A stretch of DNA of 63,965 bases, counting the filler, from Collodictyon triciliatum (taxonomy: Eukaryota), in assembly GCA_043381765.1 (NCBI GenBank). It is 6 parts of 6 records of this genome, joined end to end, with 100 filler letters (N's around TTAATTAATTAA, not from the genome) between each part and the next. Parts side by side here need not be neighbours in the genome. Positions count along the whole stretch, not along the records: positions 1 to 26,951 come from JBHJMP010000076.1; positions 27,052 to 36,638 come from JBHJMP010000081.1; positions 36,739 to 45,245 come from JBHJMP010000083.1; 3 more parts are not named here. One strand, written 5' to 3'. This document shows, one piece after another, positions 24,296-37,221 of this stretch (its first letter is position 1; every line of letters starts with the position of its first letter). A model generated the notes under the pieces. That model had not been told where the DNA came from. It made no database searches and saw only the letters and a program-made list of their open reading frames with translations. The position numbers were made by a program, and so were the translations under genes.

Positions 24296-26870
24296 TTACT
24301 CCGCCCCCGAGACAACCTGCTCGGCCGCACGCTGCTCTGCCACGGCTTCGTGTGCGAGTGTCAAGTGCTCGACCAGCAGGAATGTTTCCGGGCCAGCTGC
24401 GGGCTGCTTTGCCTCGCTCTTGCGGTCGCAGTCGCTGTCGCTGTTGCTGTCGGTCTCATCGCTGCGGCGCGAAAAGTCCTGGCTGTCTTGGCCGTCCCCA
24501 TCTTCGTCGTCGTCGTCATCCTCTCCCCTCCTTCTCCGGCCGGATATGTAGACGGCCCTGGACATCACCTCCTCGTCGTTCCTTGGGTCGTACCTTACCG
24601 ACTCATCACTTGTCATGTTGAGGGGCGGGTCTCTTCTGGCGCGCCGGTTGGAGACGCGTTTGCCGCGACCGGTGCCTCTCGGCCGTGGTGCCCCCCTTGA
24701 GCTGCCGCCCTCGCCTCGTCCATTCACCTTGTCCCTCGGACTCCTTGTCTTTTCCACGGGCGCCGCTGCGTCACTACCCGGTGCCTTTCGCCCCTGCTCG
24801 GGCTGCGTCTCAGGGCGGGTTGTATTCGAATCGCTTTGTTGCTGGGTTGCAGGTGTTATGGCCGACGCACAATCGGGTGTTTTGGCCACCCCGGGGTTTG
24901 TGATTGCAGTCGCCTCGGTATTTTCGCTTGGGGCGATATCTGTGGCCCCAAGTGTATATTCACCAGAGTCTCCCCCTGTAATAGTTTTTTGGGGCCTGCC
25001 ATAACCCGCACATGTATCTGCTTGTGTGAAATAATCGGGGAGTTTGTCAGCATGCCTATCAGTCGGTTCACAAAGACTTTGAATGGCGCCTGTCTCTGTG
25101 CAACCATCATAGATAGACGCGCTGCTTGTATGCTTATCGCCAAGTTGCATCAGAGTTATCGTGTTCATCTCTGCAAAATCACTGGGCATCGCATAGGCCC
25201 CTTTTTTTGAAGTGACCTGGTCGGCTTCGTCGGAACGGGAAAGCGGGACGAGGCTTGTGGAGGGTTGCTTCCCTGTTTTCACGTACTGATACAAGTTTTT
25301 GCTTATTGACGCTTCTTCGTTAGCTACTTGGGGCACTCTGGTTGCTTCAGTTGTGGGAATAGTCTTTGCTTTCAGTGGAAGCAGCTCAACCACACAATTC
25401 CCGTTTGTAAACGTAACATTCATCTTGACTTTTTCTGAACCGTGTGGCCTTTCATCGTCCCACTTTTGTGGCTCGTCTTTTACACTCGGCTTGGTGGTTG
25501 ACAAATCTGTAGATTTGCTGCGGCTATCTTTGCTCATGTTAGTTTTTTCTTCTTCTTCTTCTTCTTCTTCTTTTGGGGACTATACACGGATTTCAATACC
25601 CTTTTCAACGCAATCAGTGCATATGTTTCTGTATCAGGGCATAATATTATATTATATTATATATGTGGTAATTGGGCTTACTGTACTCTTCTTGAGTGCT
25701 CCTAAACATAAATAAATGCATTTGTAAAAAAAGAAAAAAAACGATAAAGGTTGTGCACCATCTGTAGTATTATTACTTTTACTTTATTTTTTAAAAGAAA
25801 GATAGAAATTAAATGACTCACTGGTGTCCAGAACTTTCATTCGATGTAGTTTTCTCTTTGTAAGGTTTTGATTTTCCGCTTCGTTCGTCATCTGATTGAT
25901 GAGATATCAAATGTAGACGTATCATTTAAATAAGTATACAAAAAGAGTGTTGAAATATTGGCATTCATAATAGTTTCCAATAAATATATATATGTTAAAA
26001 GTAATCACGAGGCAATATTTCTACTGGTGTTACATTTGGCTTCAGTTAACTCTTTGAGTTTCCTTGTCTCCTTATCAATTTGATTGTGATATCCTATATG
26101 AGTTTTCAGCATTATCAATGCAGCATCAACATTCACCTATTATGTTTGAAAAGAATGTAGTGATTTTCAAAAAAAATAAATGTTTATGATTATTGGGCGT
26201 AATTGCGATGGGTTGGCCAAATAAGTTTATTTAAGGAGAATTATCATAGAATCAGGGGTTTTTTTTTATTTTTTTTTTAATGACGCTTCATTTCAGTTTC
26301 GAAGTCTTATTTACTTGAAAATATCAAAGAATTTTAGACCTTACGACCAGTTACGAGCACTTTATTTCGCACAATTTCGATTGACACGACATCCGATTTC
26401 TTTATGAAATCTTTTAGTGTGGCTCCGTTCTATGATATAAATTAAATGCTTTATTACTGATGACAAAATTTGATAACTGAAAACATGCGGTTTCGAGTGA
26501 TGGAAAACAGCCATTATTTTAACTATCATCATGATATATATCACTATGAATGTATACGGGAAGGGAACTGAAATAAAACCTTTAATTAAATTTTCATATT
26601 TATCTATTTACACAAATCGAATCAAATTTTCACATACTGCTCCAATTAAAAATCCTTTATCAGATGCTGATATGGGAAGTGAAGCCTCGACATATTCTAG
26701 TAATTCTCTGCCTTCATTTATTACAGAGGCCATTTTGGCAAAGATATGAACAGTCGTGCTACCATCTTCAATCTTTACATATATTTTGTTCAGATAGAGG
26801 AATGATAATAGGTACACAAAATCCCAGTGTAAGTCATACAATTAGTATAGTAAGGATTATTTTTTTTTAA
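24296..26870 (-). CDS. Unknown protein, 5' truncated at scaffold end; long low-complexity last exon
   Basis: Terminal ORF of more than 413 aa plus upstream AT-rich exons with GT-AG boundaries (e.g. VNVDAALIMLKTHIGYHNQIDKETRKLKE, ASVINEGRELLEYVEASLP). Confidence 0.6.
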
Positions 26871-26951
26871 AAAAAAAAAAAAAAACTATTTATTTTCCAG
26901 AAATGACCATTTATAAAGGTCAATATTATATAAATTTTTTATACAAATAAA

Positions 26952-27051
26952 NNNNNNNNNNNNNNNNNNNNNNNNNNNNNNNNNNNNNNNNNNNNTTAAT
27001 TAATTAANNNNNNNNNNNNNNNNNNNNNNNNNNNNNNNNNNNNNNNNNNNN
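26952..27051. other. Artificial scaffold linker (44 N + TTAATTAATTAA + 44 N)
   Basis: 12-mer giving stops in all six frames, inside a 100-bp spacer; the same linker occurs five times in the window. Confidence 0.97.
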
Positions 27052-27269
27052 TCCTGTGCGCAAAATTATACCTAAATTCTAAATTCCACATTAAATTATG
27101 CCATCTTTATTTTGACACTTCTGTGATAATCTCCGAATCAAAAGAAAAAAAAACTCTGGAAATCATCAACCGTGCTCACAACTCAGCACGAGCGCTTCTC
27201 TTTTTTTTTCTTACCGGGCCCACCTTCCGAATCCTTACAAACTAACTTCGCTTCCAAGCTACGATTGGA

Positions 27270-27845
<576 letters not shown>

Positions 27846-28460
27846 AAAACCGCTCCAGTCTTTTTCTGTTCTCCTTCCCCCTCATTCCCTAATTAGGTGT
27901 CTTTCCTCGCAAGAAGGGGCATGAGTAGATTCCCTTCCCGCGAATTCAACAATGTTTCATTATCCTTGTTCAACACAGAGAAAAAGCCGCTTCCACTTTG
28001 CCATGTCCTCCATCATTCGATCACGCCACCTCTCGCCAGCATTCCCTCAAAGGGAGTCCACCCACGCCTCAAGGTTCAGCGAGCAAAGCGCGGAAGTCAA
28101 GCTCCGAGAGGTCTTTGGGGTTCAGGTGCCTTTTTCAACCCATGGCTGTTCTTCTGTCCCTGTTGTGGTGAAAGCCCAATCTCAGGGGCTCTGAACTCTA
28201 ACACTGTTGGTCAATTAATACTCAATTCACAAACACCCTTCTTTGCTTCTTCTAACTTTTAATATCCCCTACCNNNNNNNNNNNNNNNNNNNNNNNNNNN
28301 NNNNNNNNNNNNNNNNNNNNNNNNNNNNNNNNNNNNNNNNNNNNNNNNNNNNNNNNNNNNNNNNNNNNNNNNNTTTTTTTTTATTTGGTCCTATACAATA
28401 CACAGGTTCATTCAAATGTGTTCGTGTCGCAACTCACGGTTCCATCTGTCTTAGTTTCAG

Positions 28461-30305
28461 ATGTTGGTTTCATTCAGTTCTTGAAAACCCTCGTTTTCGC
28501 AGAAGAAGTATGCATCTCCATTTGTATTTTTATATCACGTGACTAAATAATATACTGCATCTCTTACGCATGTTCCTTTCTTTTTATATATATATATATT
28601 TTTAATACTCTTAAGCTTATTTGGGGTATCTATTAGTCGATAAGCTGCGACAACATTCTGATTGACGATGACTTTTCCCTCCAAAAAATACACCAGATTG
28701 AGAGGGAATGTGGTGAATATCGTCTAATTAGAATGATTCTAGTAATTGCATATTTATTTATATTCCTCTCTTTTATTCTATGAGACGTGCATTTTGTAGG
28801 AGTATTGTTCAAGTATAACAGCCAAACACATCGCCTTGAAATACGGGGCTGCAAAGATGCCATGAAGGACTTTCTGTATTTATTTATTTATTTAAAAAAA
28901 CAATATTGTGTGCATCCTAGAGAAATTAAAACCGCTCTTCTCTTAAACTTCATTTCGTTACAGGAACTACAAGCACAAATACATGCGTTACTCTATCTCT
29001 TATAAGTCCCATTCTTCAGAAGAATGGAAAGAGATTAAAGGTGAACTTCACAGGCTCTTGCAAGATAGCATTTTACGTGGTGGCAATGTCAAATTGCCAA
29101 AGAATAAATATGGAGACGTTTGGGTGATTTTTGTGAACCTACATTATTATTTTTATTTGAAGAGCAGAATATTTGCTTATTTGGTTCATATTTCCTGCAA
29201 TTATCTTCACCAAGAAACAATACTGATAATTCTTCAAGATTATCGGATTTTTTTTTTAAAAAAAAACTCTGGAGTGATTATCAGTATTACCTAGATCGAT
29301 CACGACAGAATGTGTATTACTGATAATAGCCTGTTCACTCGGGACATTAGACTCCAATCAGGTAATGATAATCTTCGTCCTCATAGACAGGAGTCTGAAT
29401 AGTTTGTTTATTTTTAGTTCTCTAATAAACAATAATCTTGCACTAGTACCTATCGTTACCATGTTCGACCAATACCCGGAGCTGAGAAAGTACAGCAAGT
29501 TCAGATCTGTGATACTCGATGGCAGCAATGTGGCTTCCTATCACGGAAACAGCAAATGTTTCTCCACAGAAGGGTTAGTGATTGCCATTAATTTCTTCCG
29601 GTTTGCTGGGGTGAAAGTGAAGGTGAGATTTAACATATCAAATTTTCCCATTTTCTATTTTATTTCATCATCTGTGCACCCCGATTGTAGGAATCTCTTT
29701 GTTTTTCTTTAAATAGCGCCCCTTAATTATTACACGGCTAAACAAAGTAAATTGGCAAATTAACATAAGACGCTTCATTTACGCAAACACTATTGTCAAT
29801 CTTTAAATAATTTTTTTTTCACTACTATGTTTCTTTTTCTGCTTTTGTTAAATGCAGGCCACTATACCCAGAATGCGCATGAGTCCACACTTTCACAAAC
29901 TTCCTCTTATCGATCCGAACGGATACCTGTCTCACTTGAAGGCAAACGATCTAATTGTTCTCACCGACGGGTATGAAGACCATATGGTTGTGGACTTGGC
30001 TAGGGCCGAGGGGGCAGGTAATCATCTCGTCTTCGATTTACGAAGCTCTTTTTTCCTCTTTCTTTGCTCTTTCAGATGGCTTGATAATCAACAGTTGCTG
30101 CGAGGCTTATACTGAATTCACCATCCTCTGGATTCCTGCGATTCTAGTCATCATATCGAATGATACTTTCCATGACTTGACGCAAGAAGAGCTCGCCAAA
30201 CATATCGCTCCGATGCGTTTCCCGTTCTCGTGCCGCGGGAATGTGTTTGCCATCGGGCGTGAAAGAAGATCGCCTACCTTTGAAGAAGTAATAGTGCTTC
30301 CTTAA
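28461..30305 (+). CDS. NYN/PIN ribonuclease (RNase_Zc3h12a type) with upstream KH-like segment; start uncertain
   Basis: VILDGSNVASYHG..CFSTEGLVIAINFF, GYEDHMVVDLA and VIISNDTFHD carry the acidic catalytic residues of Regnase/N4BP1 PIN domains. Upstream IHQIERECGVLFKY...RLEIRGCKDAMKDFL is KH-like. Confidence 0.8.
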
Positions 30306-30776
30306 CTCAAAGGAGAGAAAAAAAAACCTCTTCTCGAAGAGACAATAACCAGATAAGGAATGATGAAGAGAAAGAGGGCAAAAAAATCACAAAGAGAAAC
30401 TAAATATCTTCCAAAGCCACTTAATCTCCTTGATTCAAGACTTGTTAGCCTCTCGCTTTCCTAATCGCTGAAGCGTGGCTCATGAAACCCATTCAACACT
30501 GTAATTATAACATTTTCATTTGATTTTTTTTTGACAAGAAACAGCAAACATAGAACAACATACACATGACAGAATCACTGGACACAGAGCGACGATAATC
30601 CTTTGACCTAGTATTGGTTGTGTATCCGTTGCGTCTTTTCTTTTTCTTTTTATTTCAAAGCCTTTCTCTCCTTAACATCTATCATCACACCGACGTCGGA
30701 GTAATCTACAATCTGGAAGCATGTTCCTGTGGTGTATGGTGTTTCTTTTTTTTTTTTTTTGCGTCACAGCCGTGCC

Positions 30777-33700
30777 TTATGTGTATTTTTTCTTGGGCCT
30801 TCCAAAAGTCGGCTTCAGGATAGAATCCTGTGGCACAGAAGCGACAGGAGCAATCGGTTCCTCTCCGCCTCCAGACAGTGGCAAATCGTCTGCTTTGTCT
30901 CTGCCGCCCGAATTCTCTATGGATATCTGCGAAAGCGGCGAGTATTGCGATTCGGGCGGCTTGCGAGCCTGTACCGACGGAGGAGACCGCTGCTTGGAAG
31001 CTTCAAAGTCCTCGGGCTCCGACTTGTTTGTCCAACGGGCTTCGTCATTAATGCGGTTTTGCTGGTTCACAATATCGGGGAGGTCGTCGGTGTCGGGAAC
31101 GACTCCAGATTTTACAATGTTTTCAGCTCGGAAATCTACATTCTCTTCCTCGTCACCGTCTTCCTTGTTTCCTTTTATTCCCGCACTATCGGGAAGTTCT
31201 TCCTCTTCGATATCGTCGTCATCGAACAGCTTCTTGTTGTGATAGGAAGCGGTCTCCTTTTTGCTTGTTGTCTTTTCGGGCTGGCTCTGATGCAGAATCG
31301 GGGGCGGCTCATCGGGCAATGTCTCTTCAATCTGATTCGTGTCCAACAAGTCGTTTCTGTCAACCACACTCGTAATGAGCTCCTGTTCGTCCTCCTCTAT
31401 GTCTGTGGCTGGCAAGAATCGGGGGGTCTCGTTTTCTTTTGGCATCGGTAACTCATCGTCTGGCTCGCTGAGAGGTTCAAAATCAGAGTCGTCATTCACT
31501 GCCAACGGCGACAGGGACTTTGGTGGTTGCAGGTCAATCGCTTTTGATTCTTGATGATTTGATGTCGGAGTCAATAGCGCGCGGTCTTCATCAGATTCAT
31601 AAACGACACTGTCATTTATGTCCACCTCCTCAATAGGCCTCTTCGTGAGTGAGTCCGTATGCGACTGGTGCACAAGGAGTTCAGAGATTTTGTCTTTCGT
31701 GGTAGTCGATTCCTCGAGAGTTGGGTTATGTGGTAGAATGGATTCCGATGCAGTCTTTGTTGGATTCGTTTCCGGTTTGGTGTTTGCGTTGCTTATAGCT
31801 CCGTTTGAATTCTTTGCTAGAGACGATATAGGCATCGAGCTGATCGAAGGATGTGACGACATCCCAGAATTTAACTTCTCCATATCTTTTTCCTCTGCCC
31901 CAGTAGTTTTTTTGGCTGGCTTTGATGGTTTTGGCGGATTTTCTGGTTTGGTTGTCTTCGTACTCTTCTCAGCTTTCGTGTCTCCCTTTAAGATAGCTGT
32001 TCCTTTTGTCGTGTTTTTTGGAGCGGACGGTGTTGTCATCTCTTGGGTCGGCTCGGACGGCTCTCTCACTTCTGTATGGATGTCTTTAGTGGCGTGATTC
32101 ATAGTCATACCTTTTTGTGTATGCGTGTTGGCAACAGCAGCTTTGGTATGAGGATGTTCCTCTGAATCTGATTCGGTCATCCCATTTTCTTTCTGACCGG
32201 GTGGTGTGACTCCATGGGGCACATTTGGTGGTATTATTTGTGCATTTTGGATTGGGAGCTGGCTTGACCCCTGAGATTGGAGCTGCTTTTGAGCTTCTAA
32301 TAGTTCTTTCTTTTTTCGTTTCATCTCTCTTTCAAGCTTCACATTGTTGACCTTCATTTCATTGTCTCGTTCCTATTTAATTCAAAGTATATACAGGATT
32401 ACAAAATTGATTTCAAGTTTTGTTAGGTAGAACTATTATTTTACCGTAAACTGTTGAACAATTTTTTCCATCTCACGCCTGACTTGAACAGTTTCGGCTT
32501 GAGCGGTTTTGAGAGATGCTTTGTGCTTCTTATAATCCTATTTTTATGAAAAGTCAAAATTCTGCTGATATTGATGATTTTGTACTTGTTGCAGCAGTTA
32601 GCGAATGAATAATAAAAAAAAAAAAGATTAAAAATACACAAAGTTTATTCAAAACCATACAGATTCTCGAGCATCATGAAGCAATTTTACTTGATTTCGT
32701 AAGTCCTACAGTAAATGAATGCGTAAACAATCAAAGCACAAAAGAGGACACCCCTAGAAAATACATGAAAATCGAGCAGTTTGGTTTACCTTAATAGTAT
32801 TCTCTTTATCATCCAACATTTTTCGAAGCTTTTCGTCGTCTTCCGCGATATTCTCCGACAAATTTTTAGACTTCAGAATCCCCTCGAGTTTTTTGCAGTG
32901 AGCCTTTCATTTTTAATGATGATGTTAGAGGAAAGCATGTGAATCAATTCACAAGTGGTCAGTTTGATACAATATTTAACCGATGAAACAGTCTTGTTTT
33001 ATTTTAATTTTAAAAGTTCATTTAAAAATACACAACCTTTAGCTTAATAATATAGTCTTCTTGGTTTTGTATGGTTCTCTCCGATAAGGAGACTCTTTCT
33101 TGGGATGCCCTTAATCTTTCCTACATATTTTTTTATATATTAAAAAAACATAGCTTGATCAGAATAATCTGATACTCTCTCTGGAACTTAAAGTATAATT
33201 CATGAGTGTACTTTTAGTGCTCGTATTTCATATTGGAGTCCTCCAATTTGTTTTGGCATATTTTCATACTGCTGAGAGAGGGCGATAAAGTCTTTTTCAT
33301 ATCGCCTATTTATCTAGGTTGATGTAAGAAACAGAGTGCAAGACATTTAGAAAAGGATCTCCATTGTAAAGATGCCATCAAGTGATTAAATTTCTACGTA
33401 CTGCCTCGAGGGTCCTCATATCTACTTTTAGTTGCTCGATGATTCGGTTCTTTTCAACTAGCTCATTCTCCAAATCAGTGAACTCATGGAAATCCGTTCT
33501 AGTGAGAAAGCAGATGATTATTGGTTTTTTATTTTTAAAAAAAAAGAAGAGAGTGAAGCATAGAACAGAAATAAGAAAATGATATATAAGGATACTAAAA
33601 GTCTAAAGTATAACTCACGGTTTTGGTTTTTTAAAAATGATCTTTTCCTCTGCATTGGATTGGATGATAATATATTAGTCGTAGATATTAGCGTTAGTGT

Positions 33701-34993
33701 GTAACAAAAATAAGAGCAAGTCGCTACTTTCTTCAAAAATAGAGGAAACAAGAAAAAAATTTTCTAGAAACACAAGGGTAGCAGTGAGGTATGGTTTAAA
33801 TTATTTTTTTATCAGAAATTACTTTTCTTTTCAGCAGCCTTTTTGGGATAGTACCCGATCAATTTGTCACGTTGCTGTGTGTAAATTAGTTGCATTTAAG
33901 GAATGTCTGCACTATTAAATGCATATCAAGTATTGTTTATTAATGGTATTTAAAATGGATGAAGATCAACGTTTTTTTTTTAACATATGAGGTTAACGTA
34001 CGTTTCCGTATGATTTCTGTCTCAATTTTTCTATGATGAAATTGAAAGAAAAAATAAGCTCAACATATATCAACCTTGTACTTTTGTAGCTACCCTATAT
34101 TTCAATCATAATGAATTACCGCGACTAACTGGCTGGAGTTCTGAAGGGCTGCTTTCATTCTTGATTACAACTTCATTAACCAGATTTGAATCGACACGAG
34201 ACTCGACGTTTTCAGATTGCGCTGGTCCACGAATGGGATTGTGGGGCTCAGTTCGGCTTGGCTTTGGAAACGGAGGGATGTGTGGTGTGGGATGCGTCCT
34301 GGATGGCTTCTGAGTCTTTCCTTGTGATGGATTCGCCACGAATGATTTCTCCTGGAAAGCAATAGAATCGGGTTTATCTTTCATTAAACCTTCAGCGAGA
34401 TCGATGCTAGTATTTTCAGTAAAAAAAATAAAATGTAAATAAATAAATAATAGATAATAAATGAATGAATAAATAATAAATAGAAGAGATATTGGGGGTA
34501 GCGTAACACAACCAAAGAAAAATATTAGATGAAAAATAGAACAGACCTTTGGAGCGACTTTTTGGGCACTTTTAGTGGATTGCGACTCAATCTTGACGAC
34601 GGGAGGAAGAGACGACTCTGCTGCTTTTGCGACGGTGTTTGTTGTTGGTGAAAGGTTTGCTGCGTGTTTGGATTGTTCGGGTGTTGTTTGTTTGGCGAGC
34701 GAAGGAAGCCGATCGGAGCGGACGTCGGGCGTTGGTGGGTTTGATTTTTTCTCTGCCGTGAGCGGCTCGTCCTCCACGTCCTCCTCAACAAAGGCTTCGC
34801 CCTCGTCTTCCTCGTCTTCTTCTTCGTCTTTTGTGATTTGCCTTTTGTCAGAGGCAGCTACCTGCCCCGACCTGCCGCCAACTGGCTCGCTCGGCTGTTT
34901 GCGCGGCGGAGTGTCGTATCCGTCATCATCGCTTTCCTCTTGCTCATCGTCTTCAAAGTCGTCCTCGAAATCCTCTTCCTCGTAGTCAGACAT
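30777..34993 (-). CDS. Lebercilin (LCA5/LCA5L)-like ciliary coiled-coil protein with acidic disordered termini
   Basis: The central spliced coil EQLKVDMRTLEAINRRYEKDFIALSQQYENMPKQIGGLQYEIRALKERLRASQERVSLSERTI...KSKNLSE follows the lebercilin domain pattern (RHEKAL..LPQ..HNEEVRALRERLRKSQEKER). Confidence 0.65.
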
Positions 34994-36638
34994 CGCTGCG
35001 CGCTCTCTTTTCTTCCCCTTTGCCTGTCTCTATGCTACGCGGGGAAAATCGGCCCCCCAATTCGTGTGGATCAACGCGATGTTTCTGATTGGTGGAAACC
35101 TGTTGACTTAGTTTACGTGTTTAGTGATGCATCGCCGCTGCTGCTTCTTCTGTTTTGATTTCAGAAGGGAAGACTGGTAAGAGAAAGAAATGATCTGATT
35201 GCACACTTGTGTGACTGCAACACACGATGCGCCAGCGATTCTCACACACACAGCCAACAAGAAACAGGCTCAAGCAAAGGCAGTTATGGGAATCCGTTGT
35301 GCTTTGTTGTCTACCCTAATGTGGATATTATAATTTTTGTGGTATTTTTTCCACGATATGCATAGATGCAATTTCTCACTGAAATAAAATATAATACAAG
35401 TGTGTTTTGGTGTTTCCATGATTATTTGCAGAGTCCAATCCATGTAAACACCATAAAGATAGCCCTGTGCTCATCACCAGCGGATAGGAAGGGAGAGCGA
35501 TTTGTGGCTGTGAATCTCAAGAAGGACGCATTTCGTTTATTTTGTTCCCATGGTTGTTGTGTGTGACGTTACTCGACCGCTGCGAAGGGTTGGGAGGTTT
35601 GGCTTTCCTGTGTAACTTCAGCTGAGTATTGCCTCTCTTTTTTTGGAGTAACTATCTTGTTCGTCTAAGTAGGGAGGATATGAGGATAACGACAAAACAA
35701 AGTAAGTAGGAGTCGAACCAAGACAGGAGTTAACTATTTCTAATCATCTAAAGAAATTTCCAAATCGCAAAACTAGCCTTATTAGCAGGCATTTTATTTC
35801 GCCTTGGAATCTGGTCTGACTTTTCGCGAGGCACTTGACGCGCCAGGTCGGGTGAAAGCACGTTCCTTTGTGAGAGGTTGAATTGAAGACTTAGCAAAGA
35901 TTCCTCAGAAAGCCATGAATCGTGCACATTTCGTGCCATTTTCATACTGGCATGTATATAAAATTTACCTTGGAGGGGGCATGGCGTCATACATCAGATC
36001 GCTCACATGGCCCAGCTCAAATCCCCTAAAATATTACAAAACTTTACTTGAATGGTATGTTTGCAAGATACTCAGATACGAGAGCAAAGTTAGAAGGATA
36101 CTATATCTGTAATGAATATATCTCACTTATGACCAAATCCTTTAGAAAAATCATGGGTGTTAGAAGTGTGGGTCAGAAACAGATAATCTGTATGAATGTC
36201 GTACACTCTGCCAGCAATTTCCATAAGGTTTCAAAGAAACATATTAATCCACGATATGAATGGTTTACTACATATAAAAGATGAACGATATTGGTCAATT
36301 AATTTTGTGTGCATGCAACTCATGACTAACTTGTCGAGTGTATTCAAATGCAATGGTTTCCGTGGAAGAGCCTTGCGTAAATTTGGACCTGGTACATGAG
36401 CTCTAATCTTGTCCATTGCAGCTAAATAGGAATATGAATTAGTTGAACATTAGAGGAATAACATTTGTCGATTCCATTTATGAGAAAAGAAAACAGAGAA
36501 AACAGAGAAAACAGAGAAAACAGAGAAAACAGAGAAAACAGAGAAAAAAGAGAAAAAAGAGAAAAAAGAGAAAAAAGAGAAAAAAGAGAAAAAAGAGAAA
36601 AAAGAGAAAAAAGAGAAAAAAGAGAAAAAAGAGAAAAA

Positions 36639-36738
36639 NNNNNNNNNNNNNNNNNNNNNNNNNNNNNNNNNNNNNNNNNNNNTTAATTAATTAANNNNNN
36701 NNNNNNNNNNNNNNNNNNNNNNNNNNNNNNNNNNNNNN
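36639..36738. other. Artificial scaffold linker
   Basis: 44 N + TTAATTAATTAA + 44 N. Confidence 0.97.
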
Positions 36739-36834
<96 letters not shown>

Positions 36835-37221
36835 GCAAAGATCGAGGTCACCAGGATTATTATTATTACTTTTTAAAAAAAAAAAAAGGACAGCGGCCAA
36901 CAACAGACCTCATCAAGACCATTTTCGAACTGTTGTTGCAGATCGGCAAGCGAGGTCAAAACCTCATTGGCGGAGCTCATTCGTTCCTCTCCCTTTCTTA
37001 CTTTCAGACTCTTCGTGCTAAAGTTTCTGCGATTTAACTGCCGACAGAACGACCCGAACCTTCCTACTTGTTTGCAGCTACTCAGACGAAGAAAGTGATT
37101 TTATTGTTCCTCTGCCTTTATTGATCAGCACTTCAAAAGAATAAAAGTCTGTTTTTGGTTTCTTATTTGGTATGTATACAATTATTTCAAATCTGGAATT
37201 TATTGGCAGGGCGGAGTGAAG

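Noticed and set aside
35288-36420. Possible + strand gene fragment next to the scaffold end
   Set aside because: Some AG/GT-bounded open segments exist, but no recognisable protein or consistent model.
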